From assembly GCF_027921745.1 (NCBI RefSeq), contig NC_079240.1, forward strand, positions 310,001 through 374,000: 64,000 nt of DNA, written 5' to 3'. This DNA is from Schizosaccharomyces osmophilus (taxonomy: Eukaryota). Both the position numbers and the translations under genes were made by a program. The notes beneath the pieces are model-generated. The model ran no database searches. It was not told the origin of the DNA and worked only from the letters and a program-made list of their open reading frames with translations. Numbering within the stretch: the first letter of the stretch is position 1; each line of letters starts with the position of its first letter. Below are positions 1-11,889 of the stretch, piece by piece.

Positions 1-1307
1 AACTACCCACTGATTTGAAATCACGGTTTTTTTTTCAACAGCGCGCGTCTATCCCTGCGATGGCGTATAAAGGTCGTGAAGAGATGCTGAACTTTTTCTT
101 AAAAAATTTAAATCAAGCTCTCCCAAAAAATTGTTTGCAGACTATGTCAAAAAAGACCGATGGTTTTACCCTTCTGGATCTATCGCTAGTAACAAAACGT
201 GTATATAGTGAACTAGCTTTGCTAGATTCACTGGAGGATATTGGTAAAGTCAATGAAAGCATAGAATCTGTCCTGAAAGGATATGTTCCATTACATACAA
301 GAAAAACACAGTTTGTCAAGTATGACATTGACTGGAATAGTGTCACGGGAATGCAGGATGCTAAACTGGTCTTGCAAGAAATTATAGAATCCCCAGTGAA
401 GTACCATGCTATTTATAAACAATGTTCTTTACGACTTCCTACTGGAGTCCTATTGTATGGGTACTCAGGTTGCGGTAAAACACATCTGGCGTTTTCTATT
501 TCAAATGCATTTCCAGTGCAGTTAATTAGCATCAAAGGCCCGGAAATTTTGGATAAGTATATTGGAAGTTCAGAACAAGCAATTAGAAATTTATTTGAAA
601 GGGCACAGTTAGCTAAACCCTGTGTGCTGTTTTTTGACGAATTTGATTCCATCGCACCACGAAGAGGTCAGGACAGTACCGGTGTTACGGATCGTGTGGT
701 AAATCAACTTCTTACTCAGTTAGATGGCGCTGAACAATATGAAGGTGTTTATGTTGTGGCGGCAACAACTCGGCCTGACATGATTGATCCTGCATTGTTA
801 CGTCCGGGTCGGTTGGACAAGTTGGTATTTTGTGATCTACCAGATGAAAAGGAAAGAATGGAGTATTTTATGAATATGCTGGACAAATATCAGATTGCTG
901 ATAAGTCATTCGTGTGTGACCTAGTCCCCCAAACAGATGGCTACTCATACGCAGATCTATCCGCTATATTCACAGAGGCTCATCTAATTGCCGTACACCA
1001 ATACTTGGAAAAAGAAAAATTATTTCCCTTAGAGGAAGACGGTTTTAAGAATCCAGCGGATTTGTCTAGAGAGAATGTGACGGACACAACGATGTTAACC
1101 TCGGGGAATGAAGAAACGACCCGTGGTTTAAGGAATTTTGAAATTAATAAAGAATGTATTATCAACGCCTTCAAGAATACCAACTCTAGTATATCTGAGG
1201 AGGAGTACAGCAAGTTGGCGTCCATTTATAAACAGTACGCGTATACCGGTTTAAATATAAAAAAAGAAAATGTCAAAAATACTGGATCTAAAACACGACA
1301 AGCATAA
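1..1307 (+). CDS. pex1: Peroxisomal AAA ATPase Pex1, 3' part (5' end lies outside the window)
   Basis: ORF 15..1307 carries a D2 AAA module: GVLLYGYSGCGKT (Walker A), VLFFDEFDSIAPRRG (Walker B), DSTGVTDRVVNQLLT and [16 protein letters not shown]. These are Pex1-type signatures. Confidence 0.9.
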   Translation, partial: LPTDLKSRFFFQQRASIPAMAYKGREEMLNFFLKNLNQALPKNCLQTMSKKTDGFTLLDLSLVTKRVYSELALLDSLEDIGKVNESIESVLKGYVPLHTRKTQFVKYDIDWNSVTGMQDAKLVLQEIIESPVKYHAIYKQCSLRLPTGVLLYGYSGCGKTHLAFSISNAFPVQLISIKGPEILDKYIGSSEQAIRNLFERAQLAKPCVLFFDEFDSIAPRRGQDSTGVTDRVVNQLLTQLDGAEQYEGVYVVAATTRPDMIDPALLRPGRLDKLVFCDLPDEKERMEYFMNMLDKYQIADKSFVCDLVPQTDGYSYADLSAIFTEAHLIAVHQYLEKEKLFPLEEDGFKNPADLSRENVTDTTMLTSGNEETTRGLRNFEINKECIINAFKNTNSSISEEEYSKLASIYKQYAYTGLNIKKENVKNTGSKTRQA

Positions 1308-1416
1308 AATCTTAGCTATCTTACTGATGAAATGTTCTCAAAAAAATCGGCTTTACCCTTCCTCTTCACGGACTCACTTGACATACCCAAGTGCAACGTT
1401 TAGGGGAATCGCTTGC

Positions 1417-3307
1417 ATGTCTAAAATGACAGACGATCGAGTACCAGAGAATGTAATTGAAAAGGATACTCCTCCTTTAAAAAAACTAAAAAGTAAGTAT
1501 TTCCTTGCTGTGTCCAGGAATTTTTCTAACTGTTTTATTAGGACAGAACCAGTCTTCGTCATTATTGGAGAATATTCCTGACGCTGCAAAATATCGACGT
1601 TCTTTTATGCATAAAGACACTCTACATTCATGTTATTCTACGAAAAATAATCTCATTTTAACGATCAGTTATGATGGTCATGTCAAGTTTTGGCATAAGA
1701 CAACTGATGGGATAGAATATATAAAAGATTTTCCTGCACATAATGGGAAAATGATTTCTACTAACTTAAGTAAGAATGAAAGAATTCTTTCTACTTGTGC
1801 TGATGATAATACTATAAAGGTATTTGATGTTGAAGGCATTGATATGGTAAATATCATTGATTTAGAGTTTCTACCAAACGATCTAGTTTCGTTTAGTACA
1901 CCTTCCATGAGAGAAGAAATGCTAGCGGTTTCTGATGCCAATTCGCCATTGGTGTATTTGTTTGATTTGGAGGGCGATGGTAATGTTCTTTACAGTGTAA
2001 AAAAACATTCGACTCCCGTACATATATTGGAATATATAAGCAGCATAAACTGTATGTTGTCTGTTGACAAAGGTGGCATGGTAGAATACTGGAGCCCAGA
2101 GGAGCCATTCGGAAAACCAAATGCACAAGGCATGTTTGAATTAAAGAGTCAAACGGATTTATATATTTTTAAGAAATCCAAAAGTGTACCATCATCTATT
2201 CAGATAAGTCCATCGGGAAAATATTTTTCTTCGATTTCCTATCCGGATTGGAAAGTCCGGGTTTTTGATGCAAAAAGTGGGCGGATATTGGTGGAATTTG
2301 ATGAACATCCTTTTAATGCGGCAAAGAAAATGGAGCATGCGTTGGAAAAAGAGGATGTGAACTCTTTGTATTTCATGAACCAAGTAGAATTTGGAAGAAG
2401 ATTGGCTATCGAAAGAGACATAGAACGACTTGGGTGGTTAGCTGGTACAACTGCTATTTTTGATGAAAGTGAGAATTACATTATATATGGAAGTATTCTC
2501 GGAGTGAAAATTCGGTCGATTGCAGATGGATCGCTGGCGCGGGTACTTGGACGAGACGAAAGTATACGTTTTGTGAAACTTTCACTATACCAAGGAGCTC
2601 CCAAGAAAGGGAAAATGGCATCTTTGGAAATTATGGCCAGTAACAATCCTTTGGTAGAAGAAAGCTTTCGAAAAGATCCAACTTTATTTTGTACTGCATG
2701 GAAAAAGCAACGCTTTTATTTATTTGGATCAGCCGATGAGAACATAACTTTGGCTGATCGCGATACGCTGAATGAGCATACAGGAGGATTTGCAAATGAA
2801 TCGAATAAGGCCGAAGAAAAGACTGCACTCCTAGGGAAAGCTGCCATACTACACACTACCCAAGGAGATATCAGCATTAAACTTTTACCTGAAGAAGCAC
2901 CAAAGGCCGTTCAGAATTTTACCACTCACGCAGTTAATGGATACTATGATAACACGATCTTTCATCGCGTTATAAAAAATTTCATGATTCAAGGGGGAGA
3001 TCCATTAGGTGATGGCACTGGGGGAGAATCTATTTGGGGTAAAGATTTTGAGGACGAATTTTCTCCAAATCTAAAGCATGATCGTCCTTTTACGGTTTCG
3101 ATGGCGAATTCTGGTCCCAACACAAATGGTTCCCAATTCTTTGTTACGACTGATTTGACTCCCTGGTTGGATGGAAAGCATACAATATTTGGTCGTGCGT
3201 ATACTGGGTTAGATGTTGTTCATCGTATCGAGCAAAGTGAGACGGACAAATTTGATCGCCCTCTTGAGTCCGCAAAAATCATCAACATCTCTATCCTGTA
3301 TAACTAG
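1417..3307 (+). CDS. cyp9: WD40-repeat cyclophilin (PPWD1 ortholog), 2 exons
   Basis: Exon 1 is 1417-1492 (alternative in-frame ATG at 1426). Intron 1493-1541 reads GTAAGT..CTAAC..TAG. Exon 2 is 1542-3307. WD repeats are followed by a cyclophilin domain (FHRVIKNFMIQGGDP, MANSGPNTNGSQFF, WLDGKHTIFG). Confidence 0.92.
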
Positions 3308-3582
3308 TAAAAACGGAGGAATCTCGAAACTAATTTAGGTTGTCGGTATGATACAAGATTTCTAGAGAATAAAATATTTGTACATTTTTGTGCTATTCTA
3401 GTGCATCTGAATGGTTTCGCTCAAGTTTCTTTTCTGGAACCTGCATACTGAATTTGTGAAACCTTATCAACCAAAGCAAGCTCGTTCTACAAACGCCTGC
3501 TCTAGAGGAAACTCAAGTTTTATCCTTTAACCTTTAACCTTTTTTCTTTTTATCCACTATGAAAATGCATGGAAAACCTCGC

Positions 3583-3593
3583 TGTTTGTTTAC
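3583..3593 (-). promoter_or_regulatory. Forkhead/FLEX element GTAAACAAACA upstream of ago1
   Basis: TGTTTGTTTAC on the + strand is an exact match to the extended FLEX/forkhead consensus, about 395 nt before the ago1 ATG. Function is inferred. Confidence 0.45.
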
Positions 3594-3987
3594 ATTGTTA
3601 CTTTTCTGTTACTTTTACATCTTTACGTCAAGTTTTAGCATTTGTTTCAGAAGAGCGCTTAATATACTGTTTCGTATCGCTCTTTATAGTTATTTCAACA
3701 TCCTCTTGCAGTATGTACTAAAGTGTATGTCTTATGTATCGGTATCTGCCATTCGGTGGCTATGTAACTCTGGCATGGCCTGGATCGACACCGTTAATAT
3801 GAGGTAACGTTTTATTAAAAAGAAAGTATCTTCTTTATCTTTTCAAACGAAATAATTTTGTCGTACTATTATAAGCCTCAATTGTTTATCAATTGCGTAT
3901 ATATCCAAATTTTGAGGACACGCCCAACAACACCAGAACAAACACTTCTCAGTTAAGAATTTTCTCGGATTGCTAAGACTTTTCCTT

Positions 3988-6825
3988 ATGGATGTTACGC
4001 CTTATAAACCTCCTACGGATAGCGCAGTCCGTCCTGGTTATGGCAAGTTAGGTAGGCCAGTCAATCTTAAAGCCAACTTTTTCAAGATTAATGCCCTCCC
4101 GAACCACAAAATTAATCAATATCATGTAAGCAATTAGTCCTAAAGTGTCTCTTTATTGCAAGCATAGGCTTGTATATTGTATAGGTAGTGGATGTGAGCG
4201 TTCGCAGTCGAAATTGACACCAGTTGGAGTTTTTGTTTCATCAATCGGTTTCTGATGATTTTAAGAATTGAGACCTACAGTTGGGATGAAGATGGATTTC
4301 CAGTTTCTAGAATTTGTACTCTTCCCATGTTTTTACATTCCTCGTTAAATGCTTCCTTGCTGACTCTACCTAGTCGTTCCGATACCATTTTCGATTATTT
4401 CAAACTTTTTTCCTTACATTAGTTTATTTCGACTAACATAGTTTAGGTGATCATAGGTGATGGCTCTCGGTTGACTCGTATGTTGGTCAACAAAATCTGG
4501 AATTCAAAGGAATTAAAACAACAGCTTGGCTCATCTTGGCGATCTTGCGTTTACGATGGCAAAAGTTTACTTTGGACGAAAGATGATATTACTGATTTCT
4601 TCATTTCAGTGAACATTGGGAATGAGAAGCGTGAACAGTTGATTGACTTCGGCATTCAAAAGACCACCACAATCAATTTGCAAACGTTGACAGAATTTGT
4701 AAATAGCAAATATGCTCTTGATCCACACGTTTTGAATGGAATCATGTTTCTAGACTTGCTATTGAAAAAGCGGCCTTCTGAGACCTTGTATGGATTCATG
4801 CGTTCCTTCTTTAGTGGGGAATCTACATTTGCATTAGGAAACGGTATAGAAGCTTGGAAAGGCTTTTACCAAACAATTCGACCTACCCAAGGCCAAATGA
4901 GCGTCAACGTCGATGTATCTTCGAGTGCATTTTGGAGAGACGGTTCCTTTCTTTCCTTGTTGTTAGAATACACAAACTCCAAAGATGTTCAAAGCTTAAC
5001 TCGCATTGATTTTAAAACTCTTTCAAGAAGATTTCGTTTGCTGAAAGTTACCTGTAAGCATAAAAACAATCAGGGAACGCCTTTATCCAGGAAAGTGTAT
5101 TCTATCCAAGGATTTTCCTCCAATCGTGCTTCTGCTACAACATTTACCCGCAATAATAACGGTAAGTCTGAAACCATTTCCGTCTCCAAATATTTCCATG
5201 AGCATCACAATGTTCGTTTGCAGTATCCTGACTTGCCTTGTGTCGTCGTCAAGAATGGCGCTATGCTGCCCGTGGAACTTTGCTACGTTGAAAAAGGGCA
5301 GAGATACACGGCTAAATTAAACGCCGATCAGACTGCAAAGATGATACGTTTCGCTGCGCAACGTCCGCATGAACGTGTGCAGCAGATTCAAGGATTTATT
5401 CGTCAATCCGCATGGGACACAGATCCTTATTTGGCAGAGTATGGTATGAAAATAGCATCTTCCATGACGGACGTTTCAGGTCGTATATTGAATACGCCTT
5501 CCATTTGTTATGGCGGTAATTCAATTGAACGACCAACAGGTGGCAGCTGGAATTTACGTGGAAAACGATTCTTTAAACCTGCTGGTGCACCTGTTAAGTC
5601 ATGGGCAGTCATGTGTTTTACATCGAGTCGAAAACTACCTACTGTAGTCATTGAAAATTTCGTGAAAACTTATGTGCAAGCCTTGACTGGGCTGGGTATT
5701 CAGTTCTCTCAGAAGAAACCTCCTATTATGTATGCCGATGCACGGGCAAACATTTCAGAGTCTGTTAAAGGTCTGTATCGAAAGGCTGAACTTGTTAGCA
5801 AGTGCCCTCCTGATTATTTGTTTTTTATCGTTGACAGGAATTCTCCGGAACCATACGGGTCCATAAAGCGCATTTGTAACACAACATTGGGTATACCATC
5901 TCAGTGCGCCTTGAGCCATCACATCCAGGCGGCGAAACCACAATATTGCGCCAATCTTGGAATGAAAATAAATGCTAAACTTGGTGGAATAAATACGGTC
6001 TTACAGGCTAAATCTAATCCGCTTGGAACTGTTCCAACTCTGATTATTGGTGCAGATGTCTATCATCCTGGTGTCGGGGCATCAGGCGTATCTATCGCTT
6101 CCTTAGTGGGATCTCTAAACCTTGAAGGTAGTAAGTATACAGCAGTTTCACGCGCCATTCCTCGACATCAAGAAGTTATTGATGATATGAAGGACGTAAT
6201 AGTCCATCTTCTGCAAGGATTTAAAGCATCGACTGGGGCAATACCGCAAAGAATTATCTATTTCCGTGATGGTACGTCTGAAGGTCAGTTTAAATTTGTT
6301 ATTGAGCAAGAGCTTGGTGAAATTAAAGCAGCTTTCCAGAAGCTTTCGCTAAATTACAACCCAAAAGTAACGGTTTGCACAACTCAAAAGCGACACCACG
6401 CTCGCTTTTTTATTAAAAATAAGCAGGATGGTGATAAAAATGGAAATCCTCTCCCAGGTACAATAATTGAGAAAAATGTTACTCATCCATTTGAATACGA
6501 TTTTTACTTAATTTCTCACGCAACACTCCAAGGTGTTACCGCTCCTGTGCATTACACTGTTCTTCACGACGAAATTCGAATGCCCCCTGATCAGTTTCAA
6601 GCATTGTGTAACAATTTGTGTTATGTGTATGCAAGATCTACTACCTCTGTGTCTTTGGTTCCACCTGTATACTATGCCCATCTTGTAAGTAATTTAGCAA
6701 AGTTCCAAGATCCGACGTTAGACAACGATACGGATAGTGTTGTCTCGGAAGAAAATTCTGAAGAAACTGTAAAACCATTAGCTGAGATTTCTGGCAAACT
6801 GAAAAGCAAAATGTGGTTTATGTAA
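3988..6825 (+). CDS. ago1: Argonaute (RITS/ARC slicer), 2 exons
   Basis: Exon 1 is 3988-4125 (MDVTPYKPP..RPGYGKLGRPVNLKANFF..NQYH). Intron 4126-4446 reads GTAAGC..ACTAAC..TAG. Exon 2 is 4447-6825. PAZ/MID/PIWI domains are present with intact catalytic D (GADVYH), D (FRDG) and H (YYAH), and the C-terminus is KMWFM. Confidence 0.97.
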
Positions 6826-7599
6826 TTTCTTTTCCGTTTTCGTTGTTCAACTCATTCAACTAGTCAAGTATAAATGTTTTAATCATTTATCACGTTGGAA
6901 ATGCTGGTGTTGTAAGGTCTTTCTTGCATAACTGTCGCTAATATGGTATTCACCAAAATTTTACTCGAAATGAAATGAGCTACCATATCCACAATGACGA
7001 AGCTGCACATATGACTGATTCAAAAATTGTTAATTATCTCTAGCTTCTACAATTTGAATACGAATCATTTCAACATCCTAGAATTAGTAGTCAATGCAAA
7101 GTAAGACCTCAACAAATTACAGTCATAGTCAAAAAGCAATCGCATTGTTAATGCTGATAAAATTCAAAGCATAATTGCAACTCCTGTTTCAAAACAAGAC
7201 AATCACACGTTTAGCAAGAAGTAATCGGTGAAAAGAATATATCAATCTTTTGACCTTCCTTTTTCACGCAAAAGTAAATCATTAGGGTTCAACTGTGCCA
7301 AAAAGTACTCAGTTAGAATTTTTGATCTGTTTATTGATTCGATAACCAAGACTTTCATTAAATATCTAAGTTAGACAAGGCGTTATTAAATTTGAGTGAT
7401 TCAAAAGCGAAGCGAACTGAAACCGTTTTAGTAAACTTCCATGGAGTGAAAATTCATAATTCACAAAGTATATTTTAGTCAAAAACGTGTTTCAAGTTTT
7501 TTACTTGCACTTCAAATGTTTCTTGTTTTTACGGAGTTGTAGTTTCGGCAAGCAGAACTGTATCGGCGGTTTAACAGAATCTTTTATGTTTAGAACTCT

Positions 7600-9315
7600 T
7601 TACCGATCGCGCCCAATTCGCTTCATGATGGCCGAGTTAACCAAAATGCAAAGACGGCAACCTTCGTCGTACATCATTTCCATTCCATCTCTAGCGGTTG
7701 CTCCATGGTTCATTCGTCCAACGATATCAGAGATTTCAGCAGAGAAAAGATTGCAACTGCTATGTTAATATTCATTCATACTTAAAATAAAATAATATAA
7801 ATTTGTTCAAACTTACGTTTTAATCCACTTCACGCGGACACCTCCAGCATAAGTAGCATTATCTGCCCAAAATGGAAGCTCTGCACTATTCAAATCACTA
7901 ACGACTTGAGCATAGCCGAGAGCGTTATTTGTTGGCTTTGCGATAAAAATAAAATATATACTAGCGTTCTGTTATAAAGTTAGTAAAATGAGTAACATTT
8001 TTATATGTGTTAATAGTACCTTATAAGCATCGGACACACGGGAAGCTGCTTCGTGCTTTACAGCCCAAATGGACGTTTTCTTCGCATGAGAAATCGCAGT
8101 TTCGTTATCACAAAGCATAATGAAATAGCGAGAGCCTAGATTGGTTAATCAAAACGAACACACTACGCCAACTGAGTTTTAAACATACGACCAGACTTTC
8201 CAGTTTCATCAAGGATCACACGAGGATTTATCATAGATATCCGTTCACCTTTGTCATTTCTGTACTCACTCGCTCTCGAAAAATTCAAAGGAGGTGGAGT
8301 AGGAGGACGTGGCTTCGGTTTTTCCTTTCTAGGCGGGGGAGCCGAATAAGGCTCTGTATTCATGGCATAGTGAGCACGATCCGCATAAGCAACGTCTGCA
8401 ACAGGACGATGAGCATAAGGGTCAATGAGGCTAGGAGAATGAGAAGCGCGAACGTCACCAGCTGCCAAAGGATATCTACTGGCGCTACCACGAAAATCAT
8501 CAGTGTTTATTTGGGAGGGAGCTTTCGCACTATATGGGGGATAGCCAACAGGATACATAGGAGCTGATAAAGGAGGGCGATCTCCAGCCAATGCATAGGG
8601 TGATTTCGAGTATGGATCATCTTCAGCAAAGCGAGGACCATATGGGTCAACAACTCTTCTTAGAGGAGGACTCAATGTTCTTCGTTTTGAAGGAGGCTGC
8701 AATCCAAATCGAGTGCGGTCATAATACGCGGCAGGGGCATCGGACTCGGGTGGATAGTATTTGGGTTGTAGACCAGCTGACTCGGGAGCATATGGTGGGA
8801 ACACAGGGGATTCAGGAGGAACAGCAGCAGGTGGTCCATACATCAACGATTCACGACGAACAGAGCGAAAGTAAGGCCATTCGTAAGAATGACCATAATC
8901 TGTGCAGTGCCGGGTAAAATCGTACTTCACAGGCTTCGCTAAGCGTGGATCGTCAACCATAATTCTTCTTCCCATAGGAGCATCGCGAGAATCAGGAGCA
9001 GGTCGTTTTAAAGGAGAAGTAAAACTATTTGCAGCAGGATTTGATAGCACATGAACAGGCTCCGCTGGTCTATTCGACCAGACACTCCTGGAGTCATTAG
9101 ATTCGTTTGACGGTTGAGAAGCTAAACATAGATTAGTTCATAATGTCCAAGCAAGCAATATGTATGTTTCAATCACATCTTTTTGACGAATTCAACAAGC
9201 GGAAATTCTTCCACTTTAATGTCTTTAACTTACGCCATAAGCTTCGTAAAACCTCCAAATTTGGAAGTTCAGGTAATTGTTTAGAAGACTGAGAATTAAA
9301 GTTTGTGTTTGACAT
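7600..9315 (-). CDS. mmi1: YTH-domain RNA-binding protein Mmi1, 5 exons
   Basis: Exons are 9315-9234, 9121-8189, 8135-8020, 7968-7817 and 7756-7600. All four introns are GT..AG and preserve frame. The product has the Erh1-binding region KYDFTRHCTDYGHSYEWPYFRS and a YTH domain (RSRYFIMLCDNETAISHAKKTSIWAV..ARDGMEMMYDEG..KRIGRDR). Confidence 0.96.
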
Positions 9316-10192
9316 TCTCCAAGAATTCGTACAATGCAAATTTTCAAGCTTTCAAGTTAAATGAAGTTTTGATTAATAATTCCGATATGTTCACAATCTC
9401 TTGTATTAGAGATAGAGAGAGAACTGTTCAAAATTAAATTGATCGTCGACGGTTAATCTTGTAAGCGAATACCAAAAATAAAACTTGACAAGTTTTAAAT
9501 GATCAAAAAGCAAAACTTTTGTCTTTTTTTTTATTACAAGTGTCTTGTAATTTTTTCACGCCAAAACCAAATGATAAAACAAAAAGGTCTCCAAAAAAAA
9601 TATATATAAACAGGAGGTTGCAGCTACCTCTAGCCAAAGTGCCAATTACAAAATTAAAATTGAACAGCTGATTAATTGTTTAATTAGTTATTTGTGAGGA
9701 AGCAACACTTCTACTTCCACAAATATGCTGCGGTGGGAAGAGAGTAGGTTGGAAAGGCAAGAATGGGACATCTCAGTTCAAATCATAGGTTTCCATTATA
9801 CCGATAGCGAGGTCAAAGAAATGTATGGATCTATAAAGGATAAATAATCAATATAGAAAATGTATTTTTGTTGAAGATTCATGTAAATCAAAACATGGAG
9901 CTTCATGAAGACATGCTTCGACTAAAAACTTTTACGAGGATATGGTTTTTTACTGTTATTGTTTAAAACATAAAACTCATAGTATTGTAAAGCGGTTTCC
10001 ATTTTCTAGGCTTGGTTTACATTTCCAAATTGCACTATATTTTACTATCGTAGATTATTGTTCAGCAGCAACAACATTTGCTCATAAATGTCATAAGTAA
10101 AAATAAAATTATGTGTATATAGTTCGATTCATGGCTTATAAATTGAGATTTACGGACACATATAGATCTTTGTGAAGCAAAGAAAAAGAATC

Positions 10193-11197
10193 TTACTTGA
10201 AACTGTCGTTTGAAGGGAGATAATGAAGCTTCTCAAAAATTTGGTGGGTAAATTCCCATAGCTCATTCACAAGAGCAGGGTCTTGGTTACGGTAACAGGT
10301 TGACTTTTGAGCAACCGCCCGATAAAAGCATCCATTCAATTTCTGTTCAGAGATGATGGGGTTCGTGGCAGCGTATAATGTGGTATATGATCCCAAGATC
10401 GGATCAAGGACCGCAAGGTTAAAAGGATATAACTGAAAGATCTTGTGAAGGGATCCTTGGATAAATCCTTGAGCGTTCTGAAAAATATTCGTTCTCACTA
10501 TACCCGGATGTAAGCTGACAGAGTAGATACCATATTTTTCCAGGCGATCGGCGAGAGCCAGTGCATGAAGGATATTGGCATACTTTGTTTGTCCATAACG
10601 TGTCTGTTCTCCTCCCAAAACGTGAGGAAGATTAATGTCTGGAAAGTAGATTCCACTGTAGGGAGCAAACATATAGCCCATACTGGAAACGTTCACGATG
10701 CGCACATCACCAGGTTTTGATTGCTCTGCAGCACGGCGCAATGCAGGAATAAGAAGGTATGTGAATAAGTAGGGCGATAGATAATTCGTTTGAATTTGCC
10801 TTTCATAGCCATCCTTTGTCAACTGGTACTTGCCAAACATCATACCAGCATTATTGATTAAAAGATCCAGTTTTGTTTCCTTTGCCAAAAATACTTCTGC
10901 AGCTTGATAGACACTTTCAAAATCAAGCAAATCCATATGCAAGAAGACAACGTCGGCGTCTTTGCATTCTTCTTGTATATTCTTTATCGCCGTAATGTAT
11001 TTTTCTTCATTGCGGCCTGCCAAATAAACTTTTGCACCTTTAATTGCCAATTGTAAAGCAGTAACATAACCGATTCCACTAGAAGATCCCGTTACGACAG
11101 CTACTTTGCCATGTAAATTAGGAATGTCTTGAAATGACCATTCTGGTACATTTGTTCCAGCAATCTTTGCGCATAAATCACCTAAATTTCCAAACAT
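10193..11197 (-). CDS. Short-chain dehydrogenase/reductase (retinol dehydrogenase/WWOX-like; SPCC736.13-like)
   Basis: TGSSSGIG Rossmann motif, NNAG, VNVSS and the catalytic YGQTK (YxxxK). Confidence 0.9.
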   Translation of the reverse strand: MFGNLGDLCAKIAGTNVPEWSFQDIPNLHGKVAVVTGSSSGIGYVTALQLAIKGAKVYLAGRNEEKYITAIKNIQEECKDADVVFLHMDLLDFESVYQAAEVFLAKETKLDLLINNAGMMFGKYQLTKDGYERQIQTNYLSPYLFTYLLIPALRRAAEQSKPGDVRIVNVSSMGYMFAPYSGIYFPDINLPHVLGGEQTRYGQTKYANILHALALADRLEKYGIYSVSLHPGIVRTNIFQNAQGFIQGSLHKIFQLYPFNLAVLDPILGSYTTLYAATNPIISEQKLNGCFYRAVAQKSTCYRNQDPALVNELWEFTHQIFEKLHYLPSNDSFK

Positions 11198-11889
11198 GAT
11201 CCTTGAGAAAGAGGAAAAGGTGAAGTCAAAGATAATGATCCCTTTATACCTAGTGTAAAGTGTGTTACGTTAATGTAAGAATCCTAACTAAGTTTCAGAC
11301 TAATGTATCAACATAGATAACATGAAGTCGATAAAAGAGCAAAGAACAAAAAGATTTGATTGCTGTAGAAAACTACATATTAAATGTTGCTTTGTAACAA
11401 AATGTACATGAATTGCTTTTTTAACCTCTGTTGGAGACTTTTGTAATGCTCAGAGATACGATGATGTCTACAAACCTTTAGAGAAAAGCGTTCCCTTCCG
11501 GTATATCCTCCTACATTTGTACTTGATTGGAACTGTTTGGTATTTTGCTCGGTTTTGTTTTCGTTGTTTGTTCAGCATTCACTCACGGGTCTCTTTCATG
11601 AGCAAAAAAAGCATTGCAGAGAGAAGAAAATGAAAACAAAAGTATTTTGGCTTCTCGGAAATTCAATGGTATGAAGAAAACCTTCGGGTTGTTTACATCC
11701 AAATCCTGCTTTTTCGATCGGAGAACAATGTTACTCGCTTTTATTCCACTGTTCAACACAACTAAGACCATAGAACCCAACTTGCTTGGTTTTTTCTATT
11801 TCAAACAGAATTTTTATATGTCTTTCTTTTATTAAAGCTCTTTATGACAGCGTTCTTTTTTTAGTAGTGAGTCTTGCTAAATTGAACAA

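Noticed and set aside
7757..7762. TAGCAG tandem acceptor in mmi1 intron 4
   Set aside because: The proximal TAG is too close to the TTAAC branch point, and the distal CAG gives the conserved WIKTCNL sequence, so alternative use is unlikely.
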